A stretch of 64,000 nt of DNA from Verrucomicrobiota bacterium (GCA_017301995.1 JAFLEH010000005.1:47181-111180), one strand, 5' to 3'; counted from the stretch's first letter, positions 35,843 to 45,017 are shown. A program made the numbers and translations. The notes: generated by a model not told the origin, from the letters alone.

Positions 35843-36444
35843 GATTCGTGGAGGCAGCGGAGAACTTCGTCAATCGCCTTGCGGCATTCCTTCTGGATGC
35901 CGGTGGCGTCGAGACCGGATAGGATCGGCGGCAGCTCGTTTTCAAACTTCGCCCGCAGGATGGAGGTGGCCTGGGCGACAAGGCCGATCCATTCGGTGCG
36001 GACCTGATGGAGCGGGACATACTCGCCCTTCTTCACCGCGATGCGCAATTCCCGTTCCTCAACCTCGGCCAACAGCTTGCGGGCCTTGAGCGCCTCTTCG
36101 TTGCCGAGCGGAACCTTGCCCGCCTTCAAACCCCGCACGCGGACGAACTCGCGCCAGTCGGCGACCGGCCACAAGCCGTTGGAGAGCGGCTTCGGGGAGC
36201 CTTCCATTTTCTGCCAGGTGGTGAGCGTGCGGCGCGTCACGCCTAACACTGCGGCCAATTCCACGAGGGTCTTGGCATAGGCCATTGAATCATTGCTGCC
36301 CGCAGCCAGGGATTCGATTCGCGAACGCTCGGCCACGGTCATGGGCTTGCCCGCCGCGACCTTCTTCACGAGATTCTGCAGGTCGGCCTGCAAGACCTTT
36401 TCAGCAGTCTCGGTCGAGATCGAATCTTGGAGGGGGCGGCTCAT
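35839..36444 (-). CDS. terS: terminase small subunit
   Basis: Directly upstream of and overlapping terL; HTH YAKTLVELAAVLGVTRRTLTTWQK. Confidence 0.6.
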   Translation of the reverse strand: MSRPLQDSISTETAEKVLQADLQNLVKKVAAGKPMTVAERSRIESLAAGSNDSMAYAKTLVELAAVLGVTRRTLTTWQKMEGSPKPLSNGLWPVADWREFVRVRGLKAGKVPLGNEEALKARKLLAEVEERELRIAVKKGEYVPLHQVRTEWIGLVAQATSILRAKFENELPPILSGLDATGIQKECRKAIDEVLRCLHES

Positions 36445-37157
36445 GGTTTTACCGCCACCCACCCGGCGAAGTTCAGGTGCCGCCAGAAACAGTCCACCGC
36501 CGCGAAGCCCTCCTCGCGCAGGAGTTCCTCGTTCCACCGGGCGGTCACCGGCACCAGCACGCCTTCCAGTGACATCCGCTTGCGGTCGATCTCGCCCTGC
36601 GAGTAGCCGTTCTGCCGCTTGATCTCCAGGAACAGGTCAACGAACGCCTCGTCGAGTTCCGCGGTGGCACCGAGCACCTTTTCAACCAGCACGAAGGCAC
36701 CGCCCGGCGCCAGCGAGTTGAAAACGCGGCGGATGATCCGCTGGCGGTACTCGATGGGGGTGAACTGGAGCGTAAGGACCGAGAGCACGAGACTGGAGGT
36801 TACGTTGGGGAACTCGTGCCGCAGGTCGGCACGGGCGATGGTGACGCGGTCGCCGTGCGGGTGGCCGGTGAACTGCTGCTGCGCCGCCTCGATCATCGGC
36901 TCGCTGATCTCCAAGCCGATGTAATCGTTGGCCGCGCCCAAGTTGGAAACGAACGGCAGCAGCGCCTGGCCGCGTGAGCAGCCCATGTCGATGATCGCCG
37001 TGCCGGGTTTGACGAACCGGTTTGCGACCTCGAAGGTCACCAGCCGCATCGCGTTGTATTGCGGGATCGACCGCTGCAGCATGTCGTCAAAGACGTCGGT
37101 CACCTGCTTGTCGAACTGCCAGGGGCCGGCGGGCATCACATGATCCGTGTCACTCAT
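36441..37157 (-). CDS. class I SAM-dependent methyltransferase, CmoA-like
   Basis: FDKQVTDVFDDMLQRSIPQYN...GTAIIDMGCSRGQALL resembles the CmoA N-terminus plus motif I. Confidence 0.65.
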   Translation of the reverse strand: MSDTDHVMPAGPWQFDKQVTDVFDDMLQRSIPQYNAMRLVTFEVANRFVKPGTAIIDMGCSRGQALLPFVSNLGAANDYIGLEISEPMIEAAQQQFTGHPHGDRVTIARADLRHEFPNVTSSLVLSVLTLQFTPIEYRQRIIRRVFNSLAPGGAFVLVEKVLGATAELDEAFVDLFLEIKRQNGYSQGEIDRKRMSLEGVLVPVTARWNEELLREEGFAAVDCFWRHLNFAGWVAVKP

Positions 37158-37232
37158 GCCCCGGAGCGGGTGTCAACTTAGGGTTGTACGCATCCTCTTG
37201 CGCCGCGGGCGCAACGGTGTTAAACTCCACCC

Positions 37233-37430
37233 ATGAAGATCGACTGGTCCAAGGCTCCTAAGAACGCCCGGTGGTGGGCGGTGGACAAGAATGGCGAAGC
37301 GCATTGGTTTCCCGCGCCGAATGTTGTGGCATTCACCGACTTCTGGTTTGCCGAACCGATCAATGCCCCAACATTTGGATTCGAAGGCGACTGGAAAAAG
37401 AGCCTGGTCGAACGTGGTGCCGGGGAGTGA
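37233..37430 (+). CDS. hypothetical protein (65 aa)
   Basis: Trp-rich small ORF on the opposite strand; good codon bias. Confidence 0.4.
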   Translation: MKIDWSKAPKNARWWAVDKNGEAHWFPAPNVVAFTDFWFAEPINAPTFGFEGDWKKSLVERGAGE

Positions 37431-37436
37431 CCGGCC

Positions 37437-37889
37437 TCAACGCGGCAGCCGCTTCACGATCCGCGTGCCTTCCGTTAGGCAGGTGCCTTCCCCGGTCACC
37501 CAGAAGCACGGGATGGCAAACCGCGAATACATTTCGCGGGTCCGGGGATTGCTTTCAATCGCAATGTAGCTGGCGTGCTCACCGTGGATCGGGAACACGT
37601 CCTTCTTGAGCAGATGCTCCTTGATCGCCGGAGGATTCCACCAACCGGTCGGGGCGAAACATGCATCCTGGGGCCGCCAGCCGGTCTCAGATTCTATCCG
37701 GTCGAGCGTCCGCAGCATCCATGTCTCGGGCCGCGCGGTGATGAGAACGACGGTATGCGGACGCACCAGTTCCACCAGCCATTGCCGGTATTGCTCACCG
37801 GCAAGGCGCTTCTCCATGCGCTCGGGCGTGGTGCCGTGCTTGGGCGAGTTGGCCACCAGCGTGTAGTTGAGGTCGAGCAGGATGATCAT
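37437..37889 (-). CDS. HAD-like hydrolase/phosphatase (putative)
   Basis: N-terminal IILLDLNYTL (a DxDxT-like motif with Asn in place of the second Asp); later VVLITAR. ATGA overlap with the upstream gene. Confidence 0.4.
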   Translation of the reverse strand: MIILLDLNYTLVANSPKHGTTPERMEKRLAGEQYRQWLVELVRPHTVVLITARPETWMLRTLDRIESETGWRPQDACFAPTGWWNPPAIKEHLLKKDVFPIHGEHASYIAIESNPRTREMYSRFAIPCFWVTGEGTCLTEGTRIVKRLPR

Positions 37890-39400
37890 AGGGTAATCTG
37901 AAGACGTTGGCTGAAAGAGTCCATGGCGCATTTCACCAAATCCATGCGGCTGCCGTCCGGATAGGGCAGGTCGAACTCGAATTCGATGGCGGCACGCAGG
38001 CGGGCCGGATCGACGGGCCGCGCAGACGCACATGCCGCGTTGATGTTGTTGGAAAAGTCATCGACCTTCACCGAGCGGAAGAAAGGCCCGAACAACTCGC
38101 GGAACTCGGGGATCGTGTGATACTTCTGGACCTTGGGTTTGTCCTGGAAGTCGCCGATGCGGATGCCCGGCTCATAGTCGAGGCGGAATGCGATGTTGCC
38201 CGCGTTAGATTCGTTCATGAACGCCTTGCCGTTGACCTGCCGCCAGCCGGACTCGCCCGCCGACGAGGCGCAGGCATAGACCTTGGTGAACGGGCGGCAC
38301 AGCGCGGCGCAGAGGCAGGCGATGTGTTCGCGGTCCTCGCGGAACGGCACTGAGTTGAGCACGCTGGCAATGAAGATGCTCGTCCAGTCCTTGCCCGCCG
38401 CCACTTCGGCCAGAAAGGCGCGGGTGAGTTCCACGCCCTCGGCCTTGTTGATGCCGCCGGGACCGAGCCGGTAGGGCTCGAACGGCGTGCAGTCGATGCC
38501 GGCCTGCCGCAGCAGGAAGGTTTCCGTCAGGTGGCCGGCCCCGAAATCAAGGATGGTGTTCCCGTGTTCCTTGGTCCACCGGGCACGGTCGGCGGGTTTG
38601 GCAATGTCGAAGGTCTTGCAGGGTTTGGCACCATGGGTGGCGAAGATGAAGCCATTGCCCAGCTCGCGCCGCACCCGCCGCGCCCGCCGGAATGAATTGA
38701 ACCGCAGCATGTCGGCATAGCGGGTGTGGATGTCAAAGTCCATCGACAGCAGGTTCATCATGGCCCGGGCGAACTCCGCCTCCTGGTCGGTGACGAACAC
38801 CACCGGCGCAAACGCCGCGCCCTTTTCCGCAAGCATTTCGAGCCTGCCGATGCCGTTGATGACGGTGAGATCCTCGCGGCAGACGAGCGGCATGACGATC
38901 CCCTGGCGATGCAGGGTGTTGGCGAGGTTGCGGGCGTATTGCAGCCAGCGGCCGGAGTTGACCTTGCAGAGATCCTTGACCGCGACTTCCGCAGGCTTGA
39001 GGCAGCGCAGGAATCCGTCACTGCCGACTGGCTTGTCGGGGATGCCCTCGGCGAGCTTGGTCAGGTCGAGCGACTCTAAGTCGCGGGTGACCTTGCCGGG
39101 GGTGTGGTGGAAATCAAAATCATTGGTCGCCCGGTTGAACACGATGTTGAGCGCTTTGCGCTGGTCGAGGTCGAGCGCCTTGGTCCGGAACACAGGAACA
39201 TGCGTCGCACCCATGCGGTGGGCGACAAGGTGACGTTGGTGGCCTGACAGAATCTCGCCGTCCGTGTCGGCGAAAATCGGCGCGATGAAACCGAGCTTGC
39301 GCAGCGACAACTCAATGATGTCGAGCCGCGCCGGATCGGCCGAGCGGGGATTGTACGTGCTGGGCCGGATGGAGTCGATGGGTTCGAGGGTGATTTTCAT
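37886..39400 (-). CDS. ParB-like nuclease N-domain fused to a class I SAM methyltransferase domain (504 aa)
   Basis: ParB/Srx box ILSGHQRHLVAHRMG; C-terminal motif I ILDFGAGH...TPFEPY. No (D/N)PP(Y/F) motif seen. Confidence 0.65.
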   Translation of the reverse strand: MKITLEPIDSIRPSTYNPRSADPARLDIIELSLRKLGFIAPIFADTDGEILSGHQRHLVAHRMGATHVPVFRTKALDLDQRKALNIVFNRATNDFDFHHTPGKVTRDLESLDLTKLAEGIPDKPVGSDGFLRCLKPAEVAVKDLCKVNSGRWLQYARNLANTLHRQGIVMPLVCREDLTVINGIGRLEMLAEKGAAFAPVVFVTDQEAEFARAMMNLLSMDFDIHTRYADMLRFNSFRRARRVRRELGNGFIFATHGAKPCKTFDIAKPADRARWTKEHGNTILDFGAGHLTETFLLRQAGIDCTPFEPYRLGPGGINKAEGVELTRAFLAEVAAGKDWTSIFIASVLNSVPFREDREHIACLCAALCRPFTKVYACASSAGESGWRQVNGKAFMNESNAGNIAFRLDYEPGIRIGDFQDKPKVQKYHTIPEFRELFGPFFRSVKVDDFSNNINAACASARPVDPARLRAAIEFEFDLPYPDGSRMDLVKCAMDSFSQRLQITL

Positions 39401-40050
39401 AGTCCGAGGCGGATGCGGATTTCCTTGAGCACGCTCTCCTTGTCAAAACCGGCGTCCTGTTTTACCCGGTCGCACCAGGCGATGAATTCATCCTGGCTGA
39501 TGCGGAACCGATAGAGACCCACGGCCACGGTGACATCGCTCTTGTCCAGTTCCTTGTCATGGCGATCATCGTCGTCATCATCGTCATCGCCGCCGTCTGG
39601 ATTGAGCAGGCCATCAAGATCGGCGGGCTCGAACCCGGCGAGGATGGTGTCGAAATCGACCGCCTTCCACTCGCTGGCGATTTTTTCCAGTTCGTTCAAA
39701 TCGACGGTGGCGAGTTCTGCCAAACGGTTGTCGGCGACCAGCACCGCCAGTTCATCGTTCTCGCTACCGAAGTCCTGGTAGTCCACTGGCACCACTTCAA
39801 CACCGAGGTGCTTTGCGGCCATCAGCCGACCATGGCCGGAGACGATCATTCCGCTGAGCTTGGAGACCGTGATCGTCTGCCGCCAGCCGAAATACCGGAT
39901 GTTCTTGGCGAGCAACTCAATCTGTCGCTGCGGGTGGGTGTTGGGATTGCGCGGGTTGGGCTTGAGTTCGCCCACCGGCACCAGCTTGTCATAACTGCAC
40001 CATACTTCGATGCCATTGGCGAGGGTGCGGGCTTTGGGGTCATCGGTCAT
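39397..40050 (-). CDS. ParB-like nuclease domain protein with poly-Asp linker
   Basis: ELKPNPRNPNTHP...IVSGHGRLMAAKHLG; run GGDDDDDDDD. Start preceded by TTGACAC-N14. Confidence 0.7.
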   Translation of the reverse strand: MTDDPKARTLANGIEVWCSYDKLVPVGELKPNPRNPNTHPQRQIELLAKNIRYFGWRQTITVSKLSGMIVSGHGRLMAAKHLGVEVVPVDYQDFGSENDELAVLVADNRLAELATVDLNELEKIASEWKAVDFDTILAGFEPADLDGLLNPDGGDDDDDDDDRHDKELDKSDVTVAVGLYRFRISQDEFIAWCDRVKQDAGFDKESVLKEIRIRLGL

Positions 40051-40285
40051 CGCCCGCGTTGATGGTGTCAACGGCATGGCTGACTTGGGCGAGCATCGGC
40101 AGGATCACCCGCCACGCGTCCGGCGGGCACCATCCGAGGGCGAACCATTCCCGCTCGCCGCACACATCGCGCCATTGCACGGTGACGGCTGTCTCACGCC
40201 GCATCCCCGGTTCGCGGAAGCGGAACACGGCGCGGGACAGCCGACCACGGCGGTCGAAGGCGAGTTGTTGGAGCCGCGCCTTCAT
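40040..40285 (-). CDS. hypothetical protein (81 aa)
   Basis: ORF in operon register; no motif. Confidence 0.35.
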   Translation of the reverse strand: MKARLQQLAFDRRGRLSRAVFRFREPGMRRETAVTVQWRDVCGEREWFALGWCPPDAWRVILPMLAQVSHAVDTINAGDDR

Positions 40286-40950
40286 GCCAGTCCCTCCGCA
40301 TCCAGCCAGGTTTCCAAATCAGCCAGCGCGGCCCGGACGCAGCCACCGCTGCCCACGGCAATCCGCGCCGCCGTCGCCCGGTCCACCGGCCAGTGGCGGC
40401 GGAGCAGCGCGGCAATGTCATCGGTGGAGGGCGACATGAGCTTGATCGACTGGAAGCGGGTCTGGAACCGCTCGGTTAGAAGATCGAGTTGCAGGTTGCT
40501 GGTGCCGATCACCGCACGTCCCGGCGGCAACCGGTCGAGGTAGCTGAGCAGCAGATCCTGCGCCTCGCGGGTGCAGCGGTCCATCTCGTTGATGATCCGC
40601 ACCGAGTAAACGCCGAACAGCGACAGGGTGCCGAGGCCGGCCATCCAGTGTTTGACCACGTCCACGGTGACCAGCCTGCCGTTGAATTCCTCAACCGCCA
40701 GCGGGCAGCCGGATAGCTCGGCGGCCACCATGTCGGCGATGCTGGTCTTTCCGACACCGGGCGGGCCGTAGAGCAGGAGCTTCACGGGAACCGCGGGATT
40801 GGCGCGGAGGTTGCGGGCCTTGGCGACAAGGCGGGCGGCGATGGTGGCGGCGGGGCCGCAGAGGTCATCGGGCCCGGTCGGCCGCCACGCCAGCGGTGGC
40901 GTTGTGGGGCACGGTGCCGGGGTTGGGAGCATCTTCAAGGGTCGTAACAT
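40282..40950 (-). CDS. AAA+ ATPase (clamp-loader/RFC-small-subunit-like)
   Basis: LLLYGPPGVGKTS Walker A; RIINEMDR Walker B-like; IGTSN sensor-1-like. Start uncertain. Confidence 0.65.
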   Translation of the reverse strand: MLRPLKMLPTPAPCPTTPPLAWRPTGPDDLCGPAATIAARLVAKARNLRANPAVPVKLLLYGPPGVGKTSIADMVAAELSGCPLAVEEFNGRLVTVDVVKHWMAGLGTLSLFGVYSVRIINEMDRCTREAQDLLLSYLDRLPPGRAVIGTSNLQLDLLTERFQTRFQSIKLMSPSTDDIAALLRRHWPVDRATAARIAVGSGGCVRAALADLETWLDAEGLA

Positions 40951-41104
40951 GGGGATCTCTGTTGAGGGTGGTGAGTGCGTCGGCGACGGCTTGCGCCCCC
41001 CGGCGGTAAACCGTGACGGCGAGCAATTCGCCATCGACGGTCACCGACCAGAAGCGGGTTTCATAGCCATCGGCCTTGCGGTAGCGGGCGACATCAACAT
41101 TCAT
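40865..41104 (-). CDS. hypothetical protein (79 aa)
   Basis: ORF in operon register; its 3' end overlaps the chosen AAA+ start. Confidence 0.35.
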   Translation of the reverse strand: MNVDVARYRKADGYETRFWSVTVDGELLAVTVYRRGAQAVADALTTLNRDPHVTTLEDAPNPGTVPHNATAGVAADRAR

Positions 41105-41106
41105 GG

Positions 41107-41442
41107 CTAGAAGTTGTAGTCGTGGAAGTGATGGCGGCCGGGGATCACCCGCTCACCACCGGGCGTCCGATAGCGTCCGTCCTTGCGGAGGCGGGCACTG
41201 TGGATGGTGCCGCCGGGGTCAGGCTGGTAGGTGTATCGCTGGCTGGCATTGTTCACGCAGTGGCCGGCGAATCCGCCGGGGATGATCTCCGGCTTCCAGT
41301 CGTCCAGCGTGGCGATGTCGCGCTGAATCCAGATGGTGATGCCGGAGGGGCTGACGCGGACCACCGTGCAGGCGGTCCGGTCGCTGTGGTGGCAGATGGT
41401 GGCACCATCGCCGGGTTTGGGTGTCCACTCGGGTTGGCTCAT
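41107..41442 (-). CDS. hypothetical protein (111 aa)
   Basis: ORF in operon register. Confidence 0.45.
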   Translation of the reverse strand: MSQPEWTPKPGDGATICHHSDRTACTVVRVSPSGITIWIQRDIATLDDWKPEIIPGGFAGHCVNNASQRYTYQPDPGGTIHSARLRKDGRYRTPGGERVIPGRHHFHDYNF

Positions 41443-41453
41443 GGTGGCGGCGG

Positions 41454-41993
41454 TTATTTGTTCCAGCCCTCGCGGCGGGCCCGGGTCTTGACCGAGTTGG
41501 GCGAGAGCCCGAACTTCTCGGCGGTCTGCTTAATGCTGCGGCATTCGTTCCAGTAGGCCCGGATCTGCGACCAGAGGTCATCGCCGTGGCCGGGATTGCC
41601 GACCTTGGGTCCGGCATCCGGCTTGGGCTTGGATTTCTTCCCTGGCGAGGGGGCGGGTGCCGGTTCGGCTTCCGCAGGCGTCACCGTGGTCTCCGGCGTG
41701 TCGGCGAACGCATCGAAGCGTCCGGCGGGCGGCGCGGGATCGGGCTGCCTGAGCGGCACGATGTTCGGTGAGGGGGTGGCCGGCACGCAGCCGCTTGCGA
41801 GGATCTCGGCCACGATCTCGCGGATCAGTGGCACGGGGATTTCGGTGATGGTGAAGACCAGTCCGTTGAGGCTCTTGCGCCCGACGGACTGCTTGAGGAA
41901 CTTGAGGGCTTCGCCGCGGGTGCGGCCCTGGTAGCGGCCTTCGAATACGTTGTGGTCTTTGTCGTCGCAGACGATCCAGTACAGTTTGTTCAT
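41454..41993 (-). CDS. hypothetical protein with C-terminal HTH
   Basis: IKQTAEKFGLSPNSVKTRARREGW helix-turn-helix; C/A-rich leader. Confidence 0.5.
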   Translation of the reverse strand: MNKLYWIVCDDKDHNVFEGRYQGRTRGEALKFLKQSVGRKSLNGLVFTITEIPVPLIREIVAEILASGCVPATPSPNIVPLRQPDPAPPAGRFDAFADTPETTVTPAEAEPAPAPSPGKKSKPKPDAGPKVGNPGHGDDLWSQIRAYWNECRSIKQTAEKFGLSPNSVKTRARREGWNK

Positions 41994-42000
41994 GGTGGTG

Positions 42001-42201
42001 TTAGGTTGGGGTTGTTGGTTGGGGTTCAGAATTGGCTTGGATGTGGCGTTTGAGATTGCCAAAGGCGTCCTCTTCCTCGTCGGGAAGCCTGCCGAGCAGC
42101 GCCTCGTGGGCGTCCAGCAGGGCTTCCCAATCGAGGTCGGTGCCGTCCTCGTCGGCGTTCCATTGGCGGAGCATCCATTCGCGGGCTTGTTGCAGAGTCA
42201 T
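42001..42201 (-). CDS. hypothetical protein (66 aa)
   Basis: Acidic small ORF in operon register. Confidence 0.4.
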   Translation of the reverse strand: MTLQQAREWMLRQWNADEDGTDLDWEALLDAHEALLGRLPDEEEDAFGNLKRHIQANSEPQPTTPT

Positions 42202-42214
42202 GGCTTGGTTGGGG

Positions 42215-42427
42215 TTAGCGGTGGGTGGTGACGCCGCCGTTGCGGTCGAGTTCGACCTGTGCCAGCAGCAGGCCGGTGCGGGTGCGTTTGCTCAGGTAGG
42301 CGGTGAACCCGGACTCCGGGTCCGGTCCGTTGGGGGCGACCCGCACGACCCGGAAGCCGTTGCGTTCGAGTTTGGCGACGCCCGTGCGCATCGGTTCGGG
42401 CAGCGGGATGTTGGTTGGTGTGTTCAT
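42215..42427 (-). CDS. hypothetical protein (70 aa)
   Basis: ORF in operon register. Confidence 0.4.
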   Translation of the reverse strand: MNTPTNIPLPEPMRTGVAKLERNGFRVVRVAPNGPDPESGFTAYLSKRTRTGLLLAQVELDRNGGVTTHR

Positions 42428-42460
42428 GGTGGTGTCGTGTTTAGTTAGGGGGGAGTCGTT

Positions 42461-43162
42461 TCACCCGGCGAGCGGGCGGTTGATCTGGATGGTGCGGCCC
42501 TTGGTCTCACCGGCGAAGTAGCTCGATGAGTCCACCCGGCGGGCCCGGGCGGCGCGGGCGCGGAGTTTGCCGTAGTTGTCATCGACGTAGCGGGTGATAA
42601 GCGCCGTCTGGTCCACCACCGCCAGCGCGTATGCCTGCTGTTGATCGCCGCCGTAGGACTGTTCGGCCCGTTGCTTCGCCGCCTTGAGTTCGGAGTTGAT
42701 GCCGTCGCGCAGGCCCCGGTAGTAGGACGCCCTGTCGGGGTTGGTCCGCGTCCGCTTGAACTCGTTCCAACAGCGGAAGAATGTCTCGCGGAGGAAGTTG
42801 AAGGCATAGATGGCGAAGTCCACATCCTCGGGGGCACCGATGATGTCCACCGGGGTGCCCCTGCCACCGGGCATCAGGATGGTCCGCACGTTGAAGTGGG
42901 CTTGCAGCAACGAGAGGATCAGCATGTCGGCGGGGTTGAGCGTCTTGGGCAGATCGACCTTGCCCTTGTCCACCTTGAATGACGCGGTGGCCGATTCACC
43001 ATGTTCCATGCGGAACAAAACCGAGTCGATGTTGTGGCGGGTCATGAGTTCCTGCGCCTTGGCGAGTGCCACCTTCGCCTCGTTCTCAGTGGAACCGCGG
43101 GAGCGGTCGGCCAGGCGGAGGAGCTTACGGATTTTGTCCAGAATGTCGGATTGTGGTTTCAT
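42461..43162 (-). CDS. DUF2786-domain protein
   Basis: ILDKIRKLLRLADRSRGSTENEAKVALAKAQELMTRH is the characteristic DUF2786 N-terminus. Confidence 0.6.
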   Translation of the reverse strand: MKPQSDILDKIRKLLRLADRSRGSTENEAKVALAKAQELMTRHNIDSVLFRMEHGESATASFKVDKGKVDLPKTLNPADMLILSLLQAHFNVRTILMPGGRGTPVDIIGAPEDVDFAIYAFNFLRETFFRCWNEFKRTRTNPDRASYYRGLRDGINSELKAAKQRAEQSYGGDQQQAYALAVVDQTALITRYVDDNYGKLRARAARARRVDSSSYFAGETKGRTIQINRPLAG

Positions 43163-43183
43163 GGGATCTCGTGGGTGTTAGGG

Positions 43184-43564
43184 TTAGCGGAGATTGCGGA
43201 AAGTGAAGTCGGTGCCCGCATAGGCCGGGCGGTCCTGCCCTTCGCGGACCAGAACGGCCGTGAACTGCCGGATCGACTTTAGGTGACAGGTGATGCGAAG
43301 GTCCTTGGTGATGTTGAAGGACATTCCGACGGGGATCAGTGATGACGCCAGGAACAGCGTCCAATTACCGAGGGTGATGACATGTCCGATGCGGCGTCCG
43401 TCGAGTGGCGAAGTGACGACTTCGGCGGTTCCCCTGGTGAGGATTTGGTCGATCAGCGGAGCTGCGTCCGCCGCTTTCATCAGCGGCTCGGCATCGGTGT
43501 CGATGTTGCGGAAGAATGTGCCAAGATCGGTTAGGCTGGTGGTGGATGGAGTTGTTGCTTTCAT
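43184..43564 (-). CDS. hypothetical protein (126 aa)
   Basis: Start MKATTPS sits 6 nt after a conserved promoter-like module. Confidence 0.45.
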   Translation of the reverse strand: MKATTPSTTSLTDLGTFFRNIDTDAEPLMKAADAAPLIDQILTRGTAEVVTSPLDGRRIGHVITLGNWTLFLASSLIPVGMSFNITKDLRITCHLKSIRQFTAVLVREGQDRPAYAGTDFTFRNLR

Positions 43565-43599
43565 CGTTAGTGATCTGTCATATTGGTCGATCATGTCCA
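43565..43599 (-). promoter_or_regulatory. conserved module TGGACA-N17-AGATCA-N6-ATG (copy A)
   Basis: Plus-strand TGTCCA at 43594-43599 and TGATCT at 43571-43576, with an A-rich tract upstream. Aligns with copies B and C. Confidence 0.45.
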
Positions 43600-43636
43600 T
43601 GTCTTTTTTCGTCTTTTTTTCCTCGGCCCTGAGTGC

Positions 43637-44413
43637 CTATTCATAATCCCTAACCGCAAGGAAAGTCGGGAACCTCGGCACGCCATCCGGAGTCAGTTCG
43701 AAGTAGCGGAATGTTATCTTCGATCCAATCGGCGGAGGTGCCTCGCGCTGGTCGTCGGTGAATCCTGATCCGACGCGGAACCGGGTGCCGTCCGTGAGTT
43801 GGCAGACCAGCGCACCCAGCCGGTTCTCGTGCTTGCCTTCGCCGTCTTGGTGGCCGATGACGGTGGCCTCGTCGTCGATGAACCGCTTGAGCTTGCGCAG
43901 GTGGCTGGACCGCTTGGCGTCATAGGGCGACCGCGGGGAGCGAAGCATGACGCCCTCGCCGCCGAGGTGCAGGATGGCCCGCTCGAATTCATCCAGTGCC
44001 GCCTGCGACCGGCAGAGAACCTGCTCGACTATCTGAACATGGGCCGGAAGATCAAGAGCCAACAGTGTGCGGCAGCGGTCCTCGAACGGGCCGTCCGTCT
44101 GGAGGTCGAAGACGAGGAACCGGACGCTTGCCCAGTCGGCGGTGGCGGAGCGCACGATAGACACCGTCTGGTTGAACTTCCCGCGCCCGACGAACAGCTC
44201 GCCGTCCAGTGGCAGCGCGGGCAGCCCCGCCTTGAACCATGCCGGGGCATGGAAGATGTTGCCGCTACGGGAGCGGAAGTGTTCGCCGTCCCAGATGGCG
44301 CGAACGCCATCGAGCTTTTCGGACATCCACCAACCATCGGGCCGGGTGCCGGGTGTCCAGTTCTTCGCCAGCATGGCCGGCCGGATTGCGATTGCTTGTG
44401 CGGTGGTATTCAT
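43637..44413 (-). CDS. ATP-dependent DNA ligase
   Basis: Motif I EKLDGVRA, LVFDL, EGVMLR, LRKLK, and an OB-fold tail ...RFPTFLAVR. Confidence 0.85.
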   Translation of the reverse strand: MNTTAQAIAIRPAMLAKNWTPGTRPDGWWMSEKLDGVRAIWDGEHFRSRSGNIFHAPAWFKAGLPALPLDGELFVGRGKFNQTVSIVRSATADWASVRFLVFDLQTDGPFEDRCRTLLALDLPAHVQIVEQVLCRSQAALDEFERAILHLGGEGVMLRSPRSPYDAKRSSHLRKLKRFIDDEATVIGHQDGEGKHENRLGALVCQLTDGTRFRVGSGFTDDQREAPPPIGSKITFRYFELTPDGVPRFPTFLAVRDYE

Positions 44414-44429
44414 AATGGTGAGTGGTGGG

Positions 44430-44630
44430 TCAATCGCGGCGGCGGCGGTTCTTGGCGTTGCTTGCGATGATCGCGGCGACCCGTTCGATGGAGCCGTCCG
44501 TGAGCCATGTCCCGGCCTGTTTGCGACGGTCGATTTCGGCGAGGAGTGCCTGCCCGCTCGGGCTTGAGTCAGCGAAGCGGAGAGCCTCGTTCAATTGGGC
44601 GTCGGTCCATTTGGTGAAGTCGATGTTCAT
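44430..44630 (-). CDS. hypothetical protein (66 aa)
   Basis: ORF in operon register. Confidence 0.4.
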   Translation of the reverse strand: MNIDFTKWTDAQLNEALRFADSSPSGQALLAEIDRRKQAGTWLTDGSIERVAAIIASNAKNRRRRD

Positions 44631-44642
44631 TGGCGTATGAGG

Positions 44643-45017
44643 TTAGATTCCGTTGAGCTCGCGGTCCGTCTCGCGCAGCGCGCGGAGCACGCCGTCATGG
44701 CGGGCGCGTGACACGTCGTTGGTCCGGCCGCTCCAGTTGTCGTCGGCCCCGCGCATCGCCTGCTCCATCAGCCAGGCTTGGATTTCAGCGGCCCGGTCGT
44801 TGGCGTTGAGGTGGATCACGGTCCGGAACACGGACAGGCGGCCTTCGAGTTCGGCGAGGGTGTTGAGGCGGCGGGCCAGGGACTTTGCGTCGGCGGACGG
44901 GGCGTCGCAGGCCAGGGCGGTGCGGGCGTCGGACAGGCTCACTTCGGCGGTGTCACGGAGGCGGGTGATGGCCGCCAGCGTGGCGGTTTCAAGTTCTGTT
45001 AGTGATATTGCTTTCAT
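44643..45017 (-). CDS. hypothetical protein (124 aa; alternative ATG at 45020)
   Basis: Start is 6 nt after promoter-like module copy B. Confidence 0.45.
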   Translation of the reverse strand: MKAISLTELETATLAAITRLRDTAEVSLSDARTALACDAPSADAKSLARRLNTLAELEGRLSVFRTVIHLNANDRAAEIQAWLMEQAMRGADDNWSGRTNDVSRARHDGVLRALRETDRELNGI

